From positions 101,928,001-101,992,000 of the forward strand of contig OX597814.1 of NCBI GenBank assembly GCA_951406725.2: a stretch of 64,000 nucleotides of DNA, given 5' to 3'. Below the pieces are notes generated by a model. That model ran no database searches. It was not told the origin of the DNA and saw only the letters and a list, made by a program, of their open reading frames with translations. The translations under genes and the position numbers were made by a program. Origin of the DNA: Octopus vulgaris. Lineage: Eukaryota. Within the stretch, counting starts at the first letter, position 1; each line of letters opens with the position of its first letter. Positions 27,935 to 42,424 of this stretch are shown here, piece by piece.

Positions 27935-28298
27935 TTATTACCTCCACCTTAAGGAAGGCAGGGGTATTGTTTTCAGTCGTGTTTGTTTGTTTGTCTGTGG
28001 ACAAGATATCTCAAGAACCGCTGCATCAATTCAGATGAAATTTTCATGGCTGTTTGACCTCATGACTGGCACTAACTGATTAGATCTTGGGATCAATCTG
28101 GTACTAGACAAGGCTTCTGGATTACTTTTCCGGTTTCTTTACTCAATTTTTGAAAGCAATCGGGTTCATTTTTCATATTCTCATTTGTGAGAGCCATCAA
28201 GTTTATTTCAGATATTCTCACTTTCAAAATCAACTTTGGCTAATCATTGAGAGGACGTTGGTATTGATGGAGGTTTGCACTCTCTCAGTGCGCTTGTT
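27935..28298 (+). mobile_element. Helentron/DINE-1-like non-autonomous element
   Basis: 5' ttattacctccacc, a (gttt)n tract, 3' sub-terminal inverted tggaggt and hairpin gcact-ctctc-agtgc. A related truncated copy lies at about 4655-4930. Confidence 0.6.
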
Positions 28299-29175
28299 AT
28301 TTATTTTTATTGTTATATTGCCTTGCATTAATAGCATGTCTTTCAAAATACTTTTAATTCTGATTTATGACTTTTTATGTCCCGTGTTCAAATCTTATTA
28401 CAGTCAGTTTGACTAAACCGTCTACTAAAATGTGTGACTACATGTATGTCATAATATTATCATAATTATTTTGTAGAACACTGAGCTAATTGTTTTACAG
28501 TATTTAAATTTAGATACATGTGTGTGTGTGTTGTTTTGTTTTGTTTGATTGATTGTTTGATTGGGTTACTCCTTTCAGCCATCCTGGTTTGTTATAATAA
28601 ATACTAGTTAAATGTTAAAATTTTCAGTATGGCCTGTTCCTACTACGTGCATAAGATATCAAAATTATTAGTATTATCATTTATATTATAGGTTTTTAAT
28701 ACATCATAGAACCCCCTGATTTGACTGCTTTCAAAACACAAAAGTCATATACTCTCCACTTAACATGATATTTCTTTGGTAGGAAAGGTTTTAAAATTGT
28801 TTATGTATTTAAAACATAATTACATAGGCTTTTTTTTCTTCATGTTACATAATTTCTTCTAATTTTCCCTTTACTATGTCCAATTGGTTTTTTTTTACAG
28901 GCTGGTCTCTTCACATAAGATATAAAAATATTCGATGTTAAAAACAGAAATAAAATAAACAAGCAACACATGGAAAAGATATATGGCACACTGCATGTTT
29001 TGTTTATCTTACCCTTACTTAAAATTTATAAATACTTAACTCTCCCCTTCCTGCGCTCATAAGTATTGACCTTGAAAATAATTTAGAATACTTAGCCCAT
29101 CCTATTAACATGAAAGTCTCTTTTGAAAATTCAGCTGTATTTTCCCAAAATTAAGTGTATATATAATTGTATGTA

Positions 29176-29227
<52 letters not shown>

Positions 29228-29436
29228 AATAAGGATAGTATCGATATTTAAATATCAATCTTATCAAGAGGCCAGCATGATCTTGAATTATCCAGTAAAA
29301 TCTTTTTTGCTAGTTTATTTTGTCTCTCTGTTTTATCTCATGGCGCGATATGAACATTTAAGGTGGTTTTTAGGGTCAGGGTTTTGACTGCTATTTTGGC
29401 ATGGTGGTATCTCTCAGATACCCTTATTCATAGTTT

Positions 29437-29468
<32 letters not shown>

Positions 29469-30049
29469 CATACACATGTTTATTTATAGAAAGATAGATG
29501 GAGTGATTGAAAGATGTATGCATATGTATAACATATAAATTTGAGCATATGTTTGTAGTGTATGTATGTATATGTGTGTGTATATATATGTAAGTATACA
29601 TACATATATGCATACACACACACACACACACACACACACATTATTTAATGTCCATTGTCCATGCTGGTATGGGTTTGACAGTTTGACCAGAGCTGCACCA
29701 GGCTAAAGTCTGATATGACATGGTTTCCATGGCTAGTTGCTCTTCCTAATGCCAACCACTTTACAGAGTGTGCTGGATGCTTTTACATGCCACCACATGG
29801 GTGATTTTACATGACTTCACATGGGCACTTTTATGTGACATCACATGGGCACTTTTGCAGAGCACTGTACAAGTGCTTTTACATTGCACCGCACAGACAC
29901 TTCTAAGTGGGTGCTTTTATGTGTCACTGCAAAGATGCTTTTGTATGGCACCACATGGGCACTTTCACATGGCACCACCATGAGTGCTTTTTTACATGGC
30001 ACTGGCACAAGACTCTTGCATGTCAATCTCCTCCCCCAGGAGGACCAGA

Positions 30050-30470
30050 CTTAACACTTCTTTCAGGAAGCATAGGTCTTCTTGAGTACACCAAGGTGCC
30101 AGGCATACTGGACCTTTGTCATCTTGCCTGACAGGGTCAGTGTTCTGAAGTAATTCTCCTGTACTTTATCCTATGTTTTCCTGGGTTTCCCACTTCCACA
30201 TGTTTTATCTACTTTGAGAGATAGACACTTCTTTATGGAGTTCTCAGCATCACATGACCAAACAAGGACAGTATTCTCTCTTGCACACAGCATCTAATTT
30301 GTCTTATGCCCAACTTCTCTCTCATGTTCAACAGAGTTGTAAATCGGACAAGGCCACCTACTTGAGGTGGGTAGGGTCCTGTCGATTTCCTTCTTTACTA
30401 GGACTGTAGTCTTTGCTAAATTAACCTTAAGGCCCTTAGATTCCTGTTTTGCTTCCACACCTGCAATTTC
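30050..30470 (-). mobile_element. RTE-like LINE fragment
   Basis: ESKGLKVNLAKTTVLV...RWPCPI motif in ORF 30294..30497. Heavily decayed. Confidence 0.55.
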
Positions 30471-30804
30471 TTCAGAATATACAGAATATATAAACACTTA
30501 CTGTGTGTATGTATACGTGTGTGTGTGTGTGTGTGAATGCATGCATTAAAACTATTCTTTTTATTTCAATTCAGTGACAGTAATAATGATGAATGATGGG
30601 TTATATTATATATAGGTAAATTAATATAATGAATAAAAGAAAGTAAAGGAAAATAAAACTTCTGTTTGTGGTAAAAAATAGATAAAGTAAAAGTGAAATA
30701 AAATTTATGCCTATGTTTGTACATGTGTGTAATGTGACCCTGTACTTGCATATAAGAACATATATCTATCTATCTATCTATCTATATATATATATATATA
30801 TTAT

Positions 30805-31107
30805 TTGCGCCCTTTTCAAGCCTAGCATGGCTCATGGGCCAGGTTTCCCGGTTTCTATAGCGTATGTGTTTCCCCCAGCTGGACAGGACGCCAGTCCATC
30901 GCAGCGTTACTCAAGAAACAAGAAGAAAGAGTGAGAGAAAGTTGGGGTGAAAGAGTACAATAGGGGTTGCTACCACCCCCTGCCGGAGCCTCATAGTACT
31001 TTAGGTGTTTTCACTCAGTAAACACACACAACACCTGGTCTGGGAATCAAAACTGTGATCCTCAGACCGCGAGTTTGCAGCCCTAACCACTGGGCCATTG
31101 CGCCTCC
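30805..31107 (-). mobile_element. tRNA-derived SINE family D
   Basis: Minus strand ggaggcgcaatggcccagtggttagg (A box) and gttttgattccc (B box-like). GC-rich and flanked by (TA)n. Confidence 0.65.
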
Positions 31108-31126
31108 ACATATATACATATATATG

Positions 31127-31166
<40 letters not shown>

Positions 31167-31731
31167 CATACATACATACATACAGACAGACACGCGCACG
31201 CGTGCACATGCAACAAGTATGTATGTCAGTATGCACATCAATATGTACTTATTATATATATCTATCTAAATGTATATGTGTATATATTTATTAAACAAGT
31301 ATGCATACTTTTGTTTATGTATTATTGTGTTTGTGTGTATATATATGTGTTTTTGTGTGTTGTGTTAAGTTGTTATATTGGTTCTTAAGTATGCATTCAT
31401 TATGGGGATAGGTTATCATCATCATCATCATCATCATCGTTTAGCGTCCGTTTTCCATGCTAGCATGGGTTGGACGGGTCAACTGGGGTCTGTGAAGCTG
31501 GAAGGCTTCGTCAGGCCCAGTCAGATCTGGCAGTGTTTCTACGGCTGGATGCCCTTCCTAACGCCAACCACTCCGCGAGTGTGGTGGTTGTTTTTTACGT
31601 GCCACCTGCACGTAATTATATATCATATTTAGATACAGAAGTATGTTTAATACTTTTGCTATCATGCGTACTCATGTTTCTATGTTTATATGCGAGTATA
31701 TATATGCACGCACATACTCTCTCTGCTGCTG

Positions 31732-31763
<32 letters not shown>

Positions 31764-32499
31764 CTTCCCTTCTATCTACTGCCTACACGTGACATGTGAC
31801 TAGTTTTCCCATCTCTGTCTTTTTACCACTGGACACCTAGCGTACCATTCAACTTTTTCTCCTCTCTCACTATTTCTCTTTATATATACATATATACATC
31901 TATTTGAGGATTTCTTCTAGGTGTTACCCATCACCCTTGTGTTTGGCCAAAAGGCATTATTTATAGTTTTTGTCTATCATTTCAATTTACATTTGTTTAC
32001 TTTCATACATCCACCCTGTATTGTCTCATTTGCTCTATGCAAATTTTACGGGTGCTGCCAATATACAAAGTTCTGTCACATCATTGAAGGCATGAAACTG
32101 AGTATTAGTACTTTTCAGTCGATAACTGATGAAGAATTACAGTCCTTCTATTCTTGTCCTACATGTATGTTTTGTAGTACTTAATGTATTTATCATTTAT
32201 TAACTGAATGCCACGTATCTCAACTTTTGTTAACATATATGAATATATATATATACATATACATGTATATATGCATATATGTATATATGTATGCATATAT
32301 ATATGTGTGTGTGTATGCACATATATATATATATATGACCATTCTGTTGTGTCTGAGTCATTTTCTTTTTGTGCCTTATAAACGAAAATCCAAAAACAAA
32401 ATATATATGACTAGCCTTCACTCAAACTGTCCAACCCATGCCAACATGGAAGGCAGATGTTAAACGATGATGATGATGCATATATATATATATACTCTC

Positions 32500-32671
32500 T
32501 TTTACTCTTTCATTTGTTTCAGTCATTTGACTGTGGCCATGCTGGAGCACTGCCTTTAGTAGAGCTAATCAACCCAGAACTTATTCTTTGTAAGCCTAGT
32601 ACTTATTCTATCGGTCTCTTTTGCCGATCTGCTAAGTTACAGGGACGTAAACACACAAGCATCAGTTGTCA

Positions 32672-32730
<59 letters not shown>

Positions 32731-32893
32731 TAAGACGGGCTTCTTTCAGTTTCTGTCTACCAAATCCACTCCCAAGGCTTTGGTTGGCCCGAAGCTATAG
32801 CAAAAGACACTTGCTCAATGTGCCACGCAGTGGGACTGAACCCGGAACCATGTGCTTGGTAAGCAAGCTACTTACCACACAGCCACTCCTGCG

Positions 32894-32895
<2 letters not shown>
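32500..32895 (-). mobile_element. tRNA-derived SINE family B (CORE-SINE-like)
   Basis: Minus strand ggcgcaggagtggctgtgtggtaag...ggttcagtccc...gcaccttgagcaagtgtctt-type core and tail cagtcaaatgactgaaacaa. Other copies at about 9010-9372 (-), 18285-18650 (-) and 57065-57430 (+). Confidence 0.8.
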
Positions 32896-32940
<45 letters not shown>

Positions 32941-33381
32941 GTGTGTGTATATAGAAATATAAAAGTGGAACAAAAACACAATGGGGACAATAAAACATTC
33001 AGACAGATAGACAGTACAAAGCCAGACCAGAGAAACAACAATTAGGTCAGGCCAAAAAAGTACAGGTCATTCGTGGCTTTCTTTCCTCAGTCAAGTTCCA
33101 GAAGACACAACAGTTTTGGGCAGTTACACTTGAGATGGTTCAATCTGGTTGCCCCAAAAAAAGTCTAAGCTAAAAGCATTAAACCCCATTGTAAGAAAGC
33201 TACACACACAACAGGCGTCTTTCAGTTTCTCTCTATCAAATCCACTTATGAGGTTTTAGCCAGCTGGACTATAATTCAAGGCACTTGTCCAAGGTGCTTC
33301 ACAGTGAACCTGAAACTAAATGGTGGGGATGCAAACTTCTTACTATACTGCCACACTCATGCTTATATATATATATATCTA

Positions 33382-33425
<44 letters not shown>

Positions 33426-33437
33426 TATATATATATA

Positions 33438-33479
<42 letters not shown>

Positions 33480-33678
33480 TATATATATATATATATTTTT
33501 GTGTGTGTGTGTATATACACATACACACAGAAGTGTCTTTCAGTTTCTATCTATCAACTCTACTTACAAGGCTTTAGCCAGCCAAAGACTATGATGGAAG
33601 GCATTTGTCCAAGGTGCTTCACACTGAACCTGAAACCAAGTGTTGGAGATGCAAACTTCTTACAACACTACCACACTC

Positions 33679-33744
<66 letters not shown>

Positions 33745-33868
33745 ATTTAGGAATGTTCATTTTGCCAGTTTAGCCAATAAAAACACACGCACTATATATT
33801 GGGTGTTAATTTGCTTCAGCTTTATTTTTTACATTAACTAAAAACATAATAAAACATAATAAAATATG

Positions 33869-33902
33869 TTTCTGACGAAGAGCTCCGCTCGAAACATTAA
33901 AT
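33869..33902 (+). ncRNA. Hammerhead-like motif, partly decayed
   Basis: ttt CTGACGA a gagc-tcc-gctc GAAA catta aat. Core boxes intact with a 4-bp stem II. Stem III aacatt could be a CpG-decayed aacgtt. Confidence 0.5.
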
Positions 33903-36900
33903 CCTCCTTCTTTCTTTCCTAAGTGTCCAATAACACTATACTTGTTCCACGTCCTCACGTTGTTGTGTTTACTCTTTGTGTTTTCATGTTTGGATTAACT
34001 ATATATATACACATACATACATGTGTCTATATACTATATGACTACAGAAGAGTACCCTTGAAGAGCATTCTGCATACTAAATATGCTTAAGGTCAAGTTT
34101 CACATATCGAATATAGTTAATTTGCATTGTCTTATTTTCCAAAAATTTTGTTTGGTTGATCTTTTTGGTAATCTCTATTGTTTGTTGAGCTTAGATTTTT
34201 ATCATTCCGATGGGAGATTTTGTCAACGAGTTGCCTGAATAGTTTTTCTGTTTGATGAATTTTTTTTCTGTTCCCTATCTGTGGTACACTGCACCACCCT
34301 CCTTTCTCTTCTTTTATTATGTACAGCAAATAATGACTTTCTAATTCAAATACCTAAATATCATTGCTTCAGCTAGGTCTGTCTTTTTAAAGTTCAATGA
34401 AAATACTTCCAACAAATGCTTGTTGACCTCCATACTAGGTCTTTCATTTACAAAGCAATCTATATTTCCTTTTTCTTGTGTGGTTACAAAACATGGATCA
34501 CATACTGCCAGCATATTAAGAGCCTTCAACTCACAGAGTTTCCAGATCATTTCAATCACCTGGCAAGATAGGATAATGCACACAGATTTCTTCCAATGAC
34601 CCACATCAGCCACAATATATCCTTAATGTTGTGGCATCAACTGAGATGACTCGGGCATGTAGTGTATGTGACCAACTTGGATCTCATCCATAAGATTCTA
34701 TATAACCAGCTATGCCTTGGTCACCAAAGAAGTGGTTCAAAACCCAGTTGAAGACCTGTAGCAGCAATCCTTCAAGAGCAGAATATATTCCTAACCACCA
34801 TCTACTTAAGTGACCCTAATGTTGAAAGAGAAACACAGTCAGCATGAAAGAGTGATGCTAATGTATTTGAAATTACACCTGGCTTTCTAACAAAACTTTT
34901 ACCTGTACCATTTTCAACTCAAGCTGTGCGTCAAGGTCTGAGATGGAGCATACATATGTATGTACATACGTACATATACACACACACACACACACACACA
35001 TATGTATTCTGTTTAGTCTATGGCTGAAAGAGTTCCTGATGAGGTGTGGGCAAAATGGAATATATATTTTTGCCAGACTAATGATTATGGATAAAATATT
35101 TTTCTTCTCTCATACTTATTTTTGAGTACTTTATTCTAAATACTCAGACATAGCTTCTTTTTCAACTTAAAACTCTCTGGATTAATAAATATATAGCACA
35201 CACACACACTGAATGGCTAGCGATATGAAATCCAGGTAGGTACCTTACAAAAACTCTACTGTTATGCAGATAATCGAAGTTCTGGCTAACCACATCAAAT
35301 TATATGGAACAATGGGAAATTGTTTAAGTTAAAAGCCCACATGGTATTCTGCCCAATGGGTAAATCCTGATTTCACTTCTTTGGATTTTATACAGTATGC
35401 AAAGACTTTTAAATAAGGACAGAGAATTGTACATCCACAAATCTTGTTTATTACAGTCATATATACAATTTATATTCTCTTTAAAACTTTGTCTGACCTA
35501 TATTTCTACTGCGTATGTGTCATAAGCCAACAAATTTTAAGTAATTTAAATTATAGGCAGAGTAGACAACTCTGAGATTTTATTGTGTTTAAAATTAAAT
35601 TTAATATAGAATGCAGTGTTGAGTGAGTTGTTCAGTAACAACTCTGAAGATGTTTTGGACAATCTTCTGTGATCATTGGCATCATATTGGTAGTGTAACT
35701 GCTTATGCACTCTTCTGGTTTGATATGTTTTAGTTTTTTTTTTATTTCTGACCTACATGCTCATTTCATTTTATATTTGAGTCATCTCCAATGTCAAAGC
35801 TGTGTTGCTTTTGCATATTAGTTTATAAGTCTAGTAACCACTTGTCCACTTGTAATCATTGTTATCTTTCAGTTTCCACTTAACACCCAGATCTCTAAAT
35901 CCACTAATACCTATAAAGATATAAATATCACTTTATTTCAGTTTTTCATGTCTAATCTAGAAGTATTGCTAAAAATATTGTTAGGGCTCCAAACTAAAAG
36001 CATTGAACATTTAAGACCACCCTCACATCCAAAACTGATTTGCAGCCTTTTGTAAAATACAAAAAAAAAAACTGAGTTATTAAAAATTGGCTGATGGTAT
36101 AAACAATAGAGCAAATTATATTTTATGTTGTGTTTTATATTGCAAGTTTGAACCTCACAGTGGTTGATTCTTTCTTTTGTTCATCTACATGCTTAGAATA
36201 AGTACTAATCAAGTGTTTGGGTTAATATAACCAACTATAGTTTCCTCACTCCCATAAGACAGCATACCTCTGTTAGAAATCCTTTTTAGAGGTGTTTTTG
36301 TGTTAGTGATGTATCAGTAAATTTTCAGCACATCTAAGTTCAGTCTCACTTATTTCTCCTCTTCTTCATATCATGTCATACCTTGCAGGCACTGCATTGA
36401 TATTTTTTTATCCAGTTTGCCCCTTTCTAGGGCCCTTGTTACATCATAGTTTCTTTTTAACAACTAAACTGCTTGTAATTAATTGAGCACTACCCTTATA
36501 TAATTTCTTTGGTTAACTCTTCCACCAAGTTAAACTAGATAAAAATATGCACACTACCTTTTCCTTTCTTCAGAGAAGCACATTTATATGCTCTTTAATA
36601 TTTTTCATGTAACACTTATACTTTCTTTTACACGTGTGTTATGTGTAGTCATAAGGTATAGACACAAGCACTTTTATATGCACACATATAATAATAAATT
36701 AATTCCTAATAACCAGAACAAAACAACTTAATGAACTAATTATATAATACCACTAATGTTGTACTTACATTTTTTTAATATACTTTGTTTAAAATAAACC
36801 TTACTTTATAATTACTTACTTGTGTTTTTTTTCTTTTATTACTTTCATCCATTTTCAAGTCTAGTATGAGTTTCTACTACATAACCAAGTGCACCTCTGT

Positions 36901-39084
36901 GTTCCTGATGTGCATGGAGATATAGTTGTTTGTACACATATTACTTTGTTGTAGTATTCAGTTTGATGTTTCTGGTATTATTTTAGCTTTTCATATGTTG
37001 TGTAGAATATGTACAATGTGAACTGTGCTATTTTGCTGTATGGAGTTCGTATTTCATATATACTGTCTGAAGATGATGTTGACTTTACTTGATGACATTA
37101 TGACAAATCGCTCCGTACTTTCAAAGACTTCTGGAATGAAAAATCCAAGTGAGGGTTGGTAACATAAAGAACATCCAGTTACAAAAACCCTGCTTCAACT
37201 GACTCGCTGTCCAACATAGAGAAAAAAAACTGATGTTCAATAAGTGAACTGACGGTGTGTTCTGTTATATTAGTAGGTGTTGATTGTGCAGCATATGAGA
37301 TGCATTATACTGTTTCCTAGTAATTACAATGTATGCAGTATATGAGTTGTATTGTCTTATTGAGTAGTTATTGTAATGTGCATGCGTTGTGTACAGAGAA
37401 TGTATTGTTTGTGTTATTGAATTGAGAATGTTTTGCATAGGATATAGGCTACGCCTTGCAGAGTTATCTTTTGGACTGTGATATTGTGAGTTCAAGTAAA
37501 TGTTCATATTTTTCTTTTTATCTTACTAAGTGCTCCAGTTATTATATGATGGTGTTTTCGCTTCCATGCTCAGCATGTTGATGATTTAAATTTCAAGAAG
37601 CATGTACTTCAGAAGTTTCTTCACCTTTCAAGCAGTGTTTTTGATCAAAAGAGATCAAAATGGTCTAGCTTTTGATTATTACATCTGAACTATTTGCCTT
37701 GATCTCCTCTTCAGTCTAGACAAAGTATATCCTAGTGATTGTGCCCAACATGTTGCCATATGCTGTTTGGTATGTGATTATAACTCGAAATTATACCATT
37801 TTTAAAAATTCATTTTCACATTGAAGTGTCAACATGTTGCCCAGTGGACATCACTTCCCAACTTAATCAAATTTTTTAATAACAAAAATTGGCATTATTA
37901 GGACAAGAATAACTGAAATGGAGAATACCACAGTATATGCCTTGTAGTATTTGATCTCTTTACATCTTGGAAATCAAATCTTTCCAAATTTTTCTTTGCT
38001 ACTCATTTTCTGGACTGTACTGAAATAAGTATCTGTTCTGTACTGTGGTTAATCTAATAGATTCTACTTCCTCTTCAAAATTTCTGCCATTGACCATTTG
38101 CATAGATAAGAATTCAGTATAATGAGTGTCAACCTGCCTACTGAAATATGGTTAGTACATAACCTGTCATGGACCAGCATAGTCAAATGGTTGAGGAGTT
38201 TACTATACATTTATGAGGCATTTTAGGCAAGTATCTTAAGTATCTTCTACCAAATCCTCTGTTTAACCCAACCATTGGAAATCAAACTGAGTTTAAACTG
38301 AAAACCTGTCAAATAGACAGTATCTACAATTTAACATATTTCTCTATTACTGTTCTGTGTATGGTGAGTTGGATTGGTAGAATTGATAAAGCATACATTA
38401 AATACCATCAGTATTTAGTTGCATACCATATTTGACTTATGAAGTTCAAAAATCCTACCAAGTTCTGTTGTCAATATAAACAACAGCAGCTCTTTCATAA
38501 AACTTTGGAACTTAGGCTCGTGGCAGAACTCATTAGTTTTACTGTTTACATAGCATTATGATTGTGATATCTGTTGTAATATTAATATAACACTGTATAA
38601 ATGGTATGTATCACAATAACCAGTCATATTTGTTGTTATAGTTATTACCTTCATTACAAAAATATTGTGTTCCTGAAAATCTTGCCATGTTTTACAACTT
38701 GAAATTGATGGGAAAATAAGTTTCATGTTACAGAATTCCACATTAAGACAAGATTTTCACGATATCAATTTTTTTGTAATTAAAATAGTCTAATGTTAAT
38801 GATCCTCTAAATTATTTTTTATCTTTGTTACCTGAACGTAATATGATGATATTTGTTGGTATTTGTAACACTTATCTTTACCTATATCAATCACCAAAAT
38901 GATCCTAGTTTTTGCTTTTTGCTCATTTGTAACACTCAAAAGTGTAGGGTCATTTTTCTCTATTTTGTCTATATTTAACACTGTTGCATTGCATCTTTAT
39001 GTATTACTTACAGATATCATTGTGTTACTCATATTTAATTTTGTGGTACACATTTTTTTATTTATATATACCTATATTTAACAT

Positions 39085-40110
39085 ACTGATATTCTTTTGC
39101 ATCATGTCACCCGTTTTTAAAATTGTAACATGCCTTTTTGTTTTGCCTCTTGTTTTTTAAAACAGTTTTTCTCCCTTTTTGTTATGTCTCCTGTTTTAAT
39201 ATTGACACACCTTTTTGTCATGTATCCCATTTTAAAAATAGCGATACTCCTTTTTGTCATGTATCCCATTTTAAAAATAGTGATACTCTTTTCTATCATG
39301 TATCCCATTTTAAAAATAGCGATACTCCTTTTTCTCATATATCCCATTCTAAAATAATGATATTCCTCTTTATGATGCCACCTACTTTTTTGAATCATGA
39401 TACTCCTTTTTTGTTATGCTACCTGTTTTTAAAATAGTGATACTCCTTGTTATGCCACCTATTTTTAAAATAGTGATACTCCTTGTTATGCCACCTGTTT
39501 TTAAAATAGCAATAGTCCTTGTTATGCCACCTGTTTTAAAATAGTGGTTCTCCTTCTTGTTATACCACCCGTTTTTAAAATAATGATACTCTGTTATGCC
39601 ATTTCTTTTAAAATAGCTATACTCCTTGTTATGTCAACTGTTTTTCAAATAGTGATACTCAGAGTTATGTCACCTATTTTTATAATAATGATGTTCTTCT
39701 TTGTTATGCCACCCACTTTTAAAATAGGCTACTCCTTTCTGTTATATCATCTGTTTCTGAAATAGTGATAGTCCTTTTTTGACATGCCATCCATTTTCAA
39801 ATAACAACTCTCCATTTTGTATATGCTCACCCTTATTTAAACATACTGGATTTCTTTGCCACACCCTTCATTTTTCAAACAGCAATACTCCTTTTTGACA
39901 TGCAACTTGTTTTAAAATCATAATGATGCACCATTTCTTTATATGCTCCCTATGTTTAACATAGTGATGTTCTTTTTGTGTCATGCTACCCATTTCTAAA
40001 ATTATGACACTCCTTTTTATTCTTACACTATATTTAACACAACACTCCTTTTCCATATACAACCCTCGTATTAAACTGTTACTCCCTTTTCACATAACAC
40101 CTATTTTGTT
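39085..40110. repeat. Degenerate minisatellite, unit about 36-42 bp
   Basis: Consensus roughly aaatagtgatactccttgttatgccacctgttttt. Explains the repetitive ORFs at 39117-39765. Confidence 0.85.
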
Positions 40111-40624
40111 CCATGTTTTTACAAATTTTTTTCTATGTACCTCATGATACACTGTACTATGTGTTTTCTGTTATATTTCTTATGCATAATGTTCCGTTAT
40201 TCGTTTGTGTTTCTCACATTTATAATGATATTACTCCTTTGTTATTTCACTAAACTCTGTGACACCCATTTTTGGCTTCTGAGCTATCATATAGGCAAGT
40301 CAAACAATGTTTTGTTTTTTTTTTATTAATTTTCTCTACTTGTGGTTAGACAGTATAGTTGAAGAGAAAGTGGTATTATTTCCTTATCGTAAGCACCTTT
40401 AACATGGCATCAGATCAACCCAAACTGTATGAATGAAAATGGATAAATGGAAAGTGTTTAGAAACCTATCAGAGAGACTGTGCCACTAATTCAATAGTGC
40501 CACTCTGATTCTACCTGAGAATTACTCATCTGTGAAGTACTCAGCCACTTTGCATGTTAATTGATGATATATAAAATGTGTGCATGCATGCATATATATA
40601 TATACATATACACACACACATGCT

Positions 40625-40815
40625 TTAGGTAAAAGAAAATACTGGAGGATCAGTTAATTATGACTTTATTCTACATATTTCCCTCTCAGATTGACTCATT
40701 TATTGCAGTGATCCTTCAGTTTTTCTAAGTCCTGTAAAAGAACTCAGAAGGCTGGGCTTCCAACCAGGCCTTTTGCAATACTCTTAAAGCCAGGAACTTT
40801 TCAGCACCCTGTCGT
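40625..40815 (-). mobile_element. Mariner-like element end fragment
   Basis: Reverse complement cagggtgctgaaaagttcctggcttt is a mariner-type TIR sequence. Confidence 0.45.
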
Positions 40816-42424
40816 GCGTGCACGCATGCGTGCAATAAATATTTTTCAATTTAGTACACAACCAAAAGAGCTACAAATAGTTTCATGCTTTTATGAGACT
40901 TTTAAGTAGGCATTAATTATAAAATATACCATGTATCTCCAAGCAATCTTCCAGGCTCTGTTTATGGGTTATATATATTTTAAAAACAAGGACACTGGAC
41001 AGTGAGTAAAAAAAAAATATGAAGGAGGTTGATGCAAGGAATGGAACATGATGAAAGAAACAAAAGCAAGGAAACTGAGATCCTTGTCCTCCCTGCTTGC
41101 AGAAGCCATAATTAATGCAGCTTGTATAGAACAAAATAACAGAAAATATGTGAAATTCTGTGAGAACTCAAATCTACTTTTAACAAATGTATACACACAC
41201 ACACATACAAATATGTGTGTACATTTTAAGTATTACAAGCTCATTATCCTCATTAGACTGGAGCTTATCCCAGTTTTGTGACCATCATTCTGAGAGTTCA
41301 ATAGTTTCATAAAGAAGGGAGTATTATCCATTTTCGTATGTGCATTGTAAGAAATATGTACAAAATGATAAATGCAACTCAAATTGTGTGTGTGTGAGAG
41401 AGAGAGAGAGAGAGGATTTTACCCATTTTAAAACATGTATTGATGTAGTATTTTTTTTTTGATATGTTTAAATGCTGTCAATATTTGGTAAGTTGATTTT
41501 GCCATTTTAACTCTTCTTGTTATAAAATATCTCTCTAGTTAAATCCTATCTCTGTGCCAAACACTGCACATTTATAGCTAAAGTACTACTAACACATACG
41601 CTCCAATTAAACTTTCATGATCAAAGCATGTGTACTTATGCAGTTATGTTTGTCAGAGGTTTAGTTGAATATATTTCATATTTTTATTAAAGACTTGTTA
41701 ATATTTCACTCTTTTAATTCTACTCCATTCGAAATCACATGCATCATCAACAATTCTTCTTCAAAATAAGTTTCAATGATGTAGTTCTGGTCTTAATCTT
41801 GTTAAAACCAACAAACACCTTTCGACTTTCTGGGAGCTTTAATAATAGATACCAAGAGAGGCAAGTTGGCAGAAACAGTGGAATATCAGATTAAATGTAA
41901 TCAATGAATTTGAATAAGATTAGCTATGATCTGTTAAGATATGCTGAGACTAGAAGATCTATGCAAAGAAGAGCTTATCTCAAAATGCTGGATGATGTTT
42001 CTTCTCTGAACACACTGCTTTTTACTCGTAAATATCCACCCATCCATCTTCTCTGATTACTATTCCTGGGAGGGTCATGGGGGAAAATCCTCAGACACCT
42101 CCTCTATAAGATCCTATCACAGGCAACCATCATTAGCCTTTCCAGCTGTACTCATTAAGTGTGACCAACTGAGACGATGGCAATTCTTCAGCCCTCTCAC
42201 TGTTGGTCTGCTCATGGGTCTCCTGCCCATTGGCTCAGCTTGAAGAATCTGTCTTATGATTCTTTCCAGCAACATTCTAGTCTCATGACTGTAAATAATC
42301 AAAATATAGACATACACACTCTTCAGTCATCCATTTTTTTCCCAGGAGTATTCTGAGATTCTGAGACAATGCAAAGCAATCTCAACATTACTTCAACTAA
42401 TTGCAAGACTTGGGCACCCTCCTT

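Noticed and set aside
39085-40110. CRISPR-like periodicity
   Set aside because: The units are contiguous degenerate tandem repeats with no unique spacers, there are no cas genes, and the context is eukaryotic.
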